The notes beneath the pieces are model-generated. The model saw nothing but the letters and a program-made list of their open reading frames with translations, made no database searches and had not been told where the DNA came from. The position numbers and the translations under genes were made by a program. A DNA stretch of 64,000 nucleotides, taken from the NCBI GenBank assembly GCA_030950485.1, contig JAUZRK010000005.1, positions 4,449-68,448 of the forward strand. Direction: 5' to 3'. Positions 61,185-64,000 of the stretch are shown here, in pieces. Source of the DNA: Candidatus Dojkabacteria bacterium. Lineage in GTDB: Bacteria > Patescibacteriota > Dojkabacteria > J137. Every line of letters begins with the position of its first letter. Position 1 is the stretch's first letter.

Positions 61185-62507
61185 TTATTTCTTCAAATAT
61201 AAATCTAATTCGCTTGGTTTAGTAGTTGTTGCTTTCGCTACTTCTGATGTAATTTGTCCACTCTTGACTAATTGAGCAAGTGTTTTTTCCATAGAAATCA
61301 TTCCAGCTTCTTGTCCAGTTTGGATCATATTATCTATTTGATATGTTTTCCCTTCTCGAATTGCATTTTTTATAGCTGAATTTCCAATCATGAATTCGAT
61401 TACAGCTTTTCTACCACCAGAATTTAAAGGAACTAATCTCTGGGCTATTACTGCAACTATTACGTTTGCAAGCTGCGCTCGTACTTGAGATTGTTGTTCT
61501 TCTGGAAAAACATCAATTATTCTATCTATAGACTGAGAAGCAGAATTAGTATGCAATGTTGCAAATACTAAATGCCCTGTTTCTGCAACAGTTATTGTTG
61601 ACGAAATAGTAGGTAAATCTCTCATTTCTCCTACCAATACAACATCAGGATCTTGTCTTAATAATGATTTCAAAGCTCCAGTCCAATCATCAAAATCGTT
61701 ACCTAATTCCCTTTGATCAACTAAAGACATAGCTCTAGGAAATATGAATTCTATTGGATCTTCAAGTGTTATTAAGTGATGAGCCTTTGTTGAATTAATA
61801 TGATTAAAAATTGAAGCAATTGTTGTTGTCTTTCCACTACCAGTTGGACCTGTTACTAAAACCAACCCGTTTGCAATATCACCCAATGTTTTAAATACAG
61901 GTGGTAAACCTAATTCATCAACTGTTAAAATTTTCTCCGGAATTAATCTTGCAACTATAGAGAATGATCCCATAGTTTTATATATATTTACTCTAAATCT
62001 TCGTTTTCCAAAATCATATCCCAAATCTAATTGCTTTATATTTTCTATAACAACATCATTTCTATCTTTTAATAACTTTTTAACATAGCTGAGTAATAGT
62101 TCAGCAGTAAGTATTCCAGAACTAACAGTTTTTAATGAACCATCAACTCTAATTATAGCCCTGTAACCTTCGCCAAGATGAATGTCAGATGCTTTATATT
62201 TAATTGCTTGAGAAAAAAGATCTTGGATTGTGTATTGTTGCATATTTAGATCAACCTGAACATTTGAATTCTGCTGTGTTGAATTTGAACTAGGATATAC
62301 AGGTTTGTTTTCACTAATTCCTTGTAACTTTTCAGGTAGCTTTTCTGAAATGTCTTGCTGTGGAACACCAGCATTTTGATTTTGTTGATTATTTGTATTT
62401 TGTTCCATAGTGTTTTCAGACTGATTAGGGTTATTATCTATTGTGACATCTTTATCTTGTCTATTAAAGTCAGTTTTATTTTTTTCTTCTAGATCGATTA
62501 GTGGCAT
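61185..62507 (-). CDS. pilT: retraction ATPase PilT with N/Q-rich N-terminal extension
   Basis: ASDIHL, GPTGSGKTT, EDPIE, LRQDPD, ETGHLVFATLHT, AIKNAIRE. Confidence 0.95.
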   Translation of the reverse strand: MPLIDLEEKNKTDFNRQDKDVTIDNNPNQSENTMEQNTNNQQNQNAGVPQQDISEKLPEKLQGISENKPVYPSSNSTQQNSNVQVDLNMQQYTIQDLFSQAIKYKASDIHLGEGYRAIIRVDGSLKTVSSGILTAELLLSYVKKLLKDRNDVVIENIKQLDLGYDFGKRRFRVNIYKTMGSFSIVARLIPEKILTVDELGLPPVFKTLGDIANGLVLVTGPTGSGKTTTIASIFNHINSTKAHHLITLEDPIEFIFPRAMSLVDQRELGNDFDDWTGALKSLLRQDPDVVLVGEMRDLPTISSTITVAETGHLVFATLHTNSASQSIDRIIDVFPEEQQSQVRAQLANVIVAVIAQRLVPLNSGGRKAVIEFMIGNSAIKNAIREGKTYQIDNMIQTGQEAGMISMEKTLAQLVKSGQITSEVAKATTTKPSELDLYLKK

Positions 62508-62529
62508 ATCTCTAAATTATTAATTTAAA

Positions 62530-64000
62530 TTATTCATTTCTTACTCTCATAACTTCTTCAAGAGTAGTAATACCTTCTAGTACTTTTATAAATCCATCTT
62601 GAATCATAGTCATCATTCCTTCACTAATGGCTTTTTCATTTATGCTAGAAATTGAGGCTTTTTCTAAAATTAACTTAGAGATACCTTCACTTATAACTAA
62701 ACATTCAAATATACCTGAACGACTGGCATAACCAGTTTGATTGCATTGTGGGCAACCGACTGCTTTATGTAAAGTTGCGTTTTTAGTATTTTTATCAAAA
62801 TGTATTCTTAATTTCTTCTCATCATCGTAAATATTGATTCCGTTTAATGGATCAAGTTCTTTATGAATTGTCTCTATAACCTCAGGACTTGCCTCATAAG
62901 GTTGTTTACACTCTTTACATAAAACTCTTACAAGTCTTTGTGCTTCTACAATATTGACTGTTGAAGATAGTAGAAACGGCTCTATCCCCATGTCTATTAA
63001 CCTTACGAATGCTCCTGCTGCGGAGTTTGTGTGAAGAGTTGCCATAACTAATCTACCAACAAGTGCTGCTTGAACAGCTAGTGCTGCAGTCTCTGAATCT
63101 CTAATTTCTCCAACCATGATTACATCAGGGTCCTGTCTTAAAATAGATCTTAGCCCACTCGCAAAAGTTAATCCTACTTCTGCATTTACCTGTACTTGAT
63201 TAATACCATCAATCTTAATCTCTACTGGGTCTTCAAGAGTAATTATATTTACTTTAGATGTATTTAGAATTTTCAAACTCGATGCTAAAGTCTGAGTTTT
63301 ACCACTTCCAGTAGGTCCAGTTACTAAGATAATTCCTTGAGTTTTAGAAAGAGCATCTCTTAGTCTTTTATAAGACTGGCCTCTAATACCTGTTTTTTCT
63401 AAATCAAGTATTCCTTTACTTGTTGCTTGTAACCTTAATACTATTTTTTCACCATGAATACTTGGCATAATCGATACACGAATATCTGTATATGAATTAT
63501 CTGCATTCTTAACCTGGAATCTATTATCTTGAGGTATTCTATGTTCATCAATTTTAAGATTAGATAGAATTTTAATTCTTGTTACAAGTGGAGCTAATAG
63601 TTTTCTTGGAATTGTAAGTTTCTCATGAAGAATTCCTCTTACCCTAAATCTAACTGTAATATTTGCTCTTCTAGGTTCGATATGAATGTCTGATGCATCA
63701 TTCTTTATACCGTAATCTAAAATCATGTTTACGATTTTTATAATTGGAGCAGTTCCTACATCTTCATCTTCTAGGTTACCTGAATCTGATTTTGATAAAT
63801 CCAATTTCCCAACTTCCACCAATGCTTCATCTACTTCAGTATCAATCTCTGCTCCATATTTAGTTTCAATTGCAGCATTAAGTTGATCTCTCGCAGCATA
63901 AAATGGTTCAATCCTTTTTTTAGTATATGATTCTAGATATTTTATTTTCTGAAGATCTAAAGGATCAAGCATAGCAACTTTAACCTTATGCTTTGTTTCT
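62530..64000 (-). CDS. pilB: assembly ATPase PilB, 5'-partial
   Basis: ASDIHIEP, GPTGSGKT, LRQDPD, CKEC/CPQC, GITTLEEVMRV. Confidence 0.96.
   Translation of the reverse strand, partial: ETKHKVKVAMLDPLDLQKIKYLESYTKKRIEPFYAARDQLNAAIETKYGAEIDTEVDEALVEVGKLDLSKSDSGNLEDEDVGTAPIIKIVNMILDYGIKNDASDIHIEPRRANITVRFRVRGILHEKLTIPRKLLAPLVTRIKILSNLKIDEHRIPQDNRFQVKNADNSYTDIRVSIMPSIHGEKIVLRLQATSKGILDLEKTGIRGQSYKRLRDALSKTQGIILVTGPTGSGKTQTLASSLKILNTSKVNIITLEDPVEIKIDGINQVQVNAEVGLTFASGLRSILRQDPDVIMVGEIRDSETAALAVQAALVGRLVMATLHTNSAAGAFVRLIDMGIEPFLLSSTVNIVEAQRLVRVLCKECKQPYEASPEVIETIHKELDPLNGINIYDDEKKLRIHFDKNTKNATLHKAVGCPQCNQTGYASRSGIFECLVISEGISKLILEKASISSINEKAISEGMMTMIQDGFIKVLEGITTLEEVMRVRNE

Overview
AT-rich bacterial chromosome segment in translation table 11. 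Gene content and order suggest a Patescibacteria/CPR organism, possibly Dojkabacteria/Microgenomates-like (inference): rpmF-nusB-rnc-rpsP, a full type IV pilus cluster, many orphan membrane proteins and no Shine-Dalgarno motifs. Bases ~1-30,400 are accessory: an ADP-ribosyltransferase-fold gene, fasciclin, two ECF sigma/anti-sigma pairs, an ABC-2 exporter, MFS transporters, a ~1,700-aa orphan, a RecD/Dda-like helicase and an NrtR-like regulator. Many of these carry frameshifts or internal stops. Bases ~30,400-64,000 hold intact housekeeping genes (murA, mutL, clpP, infC-rpmI-rplT, PBP1A, recG, a glycosylation cluster, pil genes). There are four tRNAs. Best leads: (1) a 342-bp tandem unit at tRNA-Val(TAC): tRNA / GIY-YIG nuclease / tRNA mimic with a hairpin replacing the 5' anticodon-stem strand / second GIY-YIG copy, which looks like a tRNA-targeting, self-duplicating element; (2) a ThrRS paralogue at the thrS locus with intact editing and anticodon-binding domains but an eroded catalytic core; (3) a MurA lacking two conserved arginines. 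All alignments were made by eye; no searches were run.
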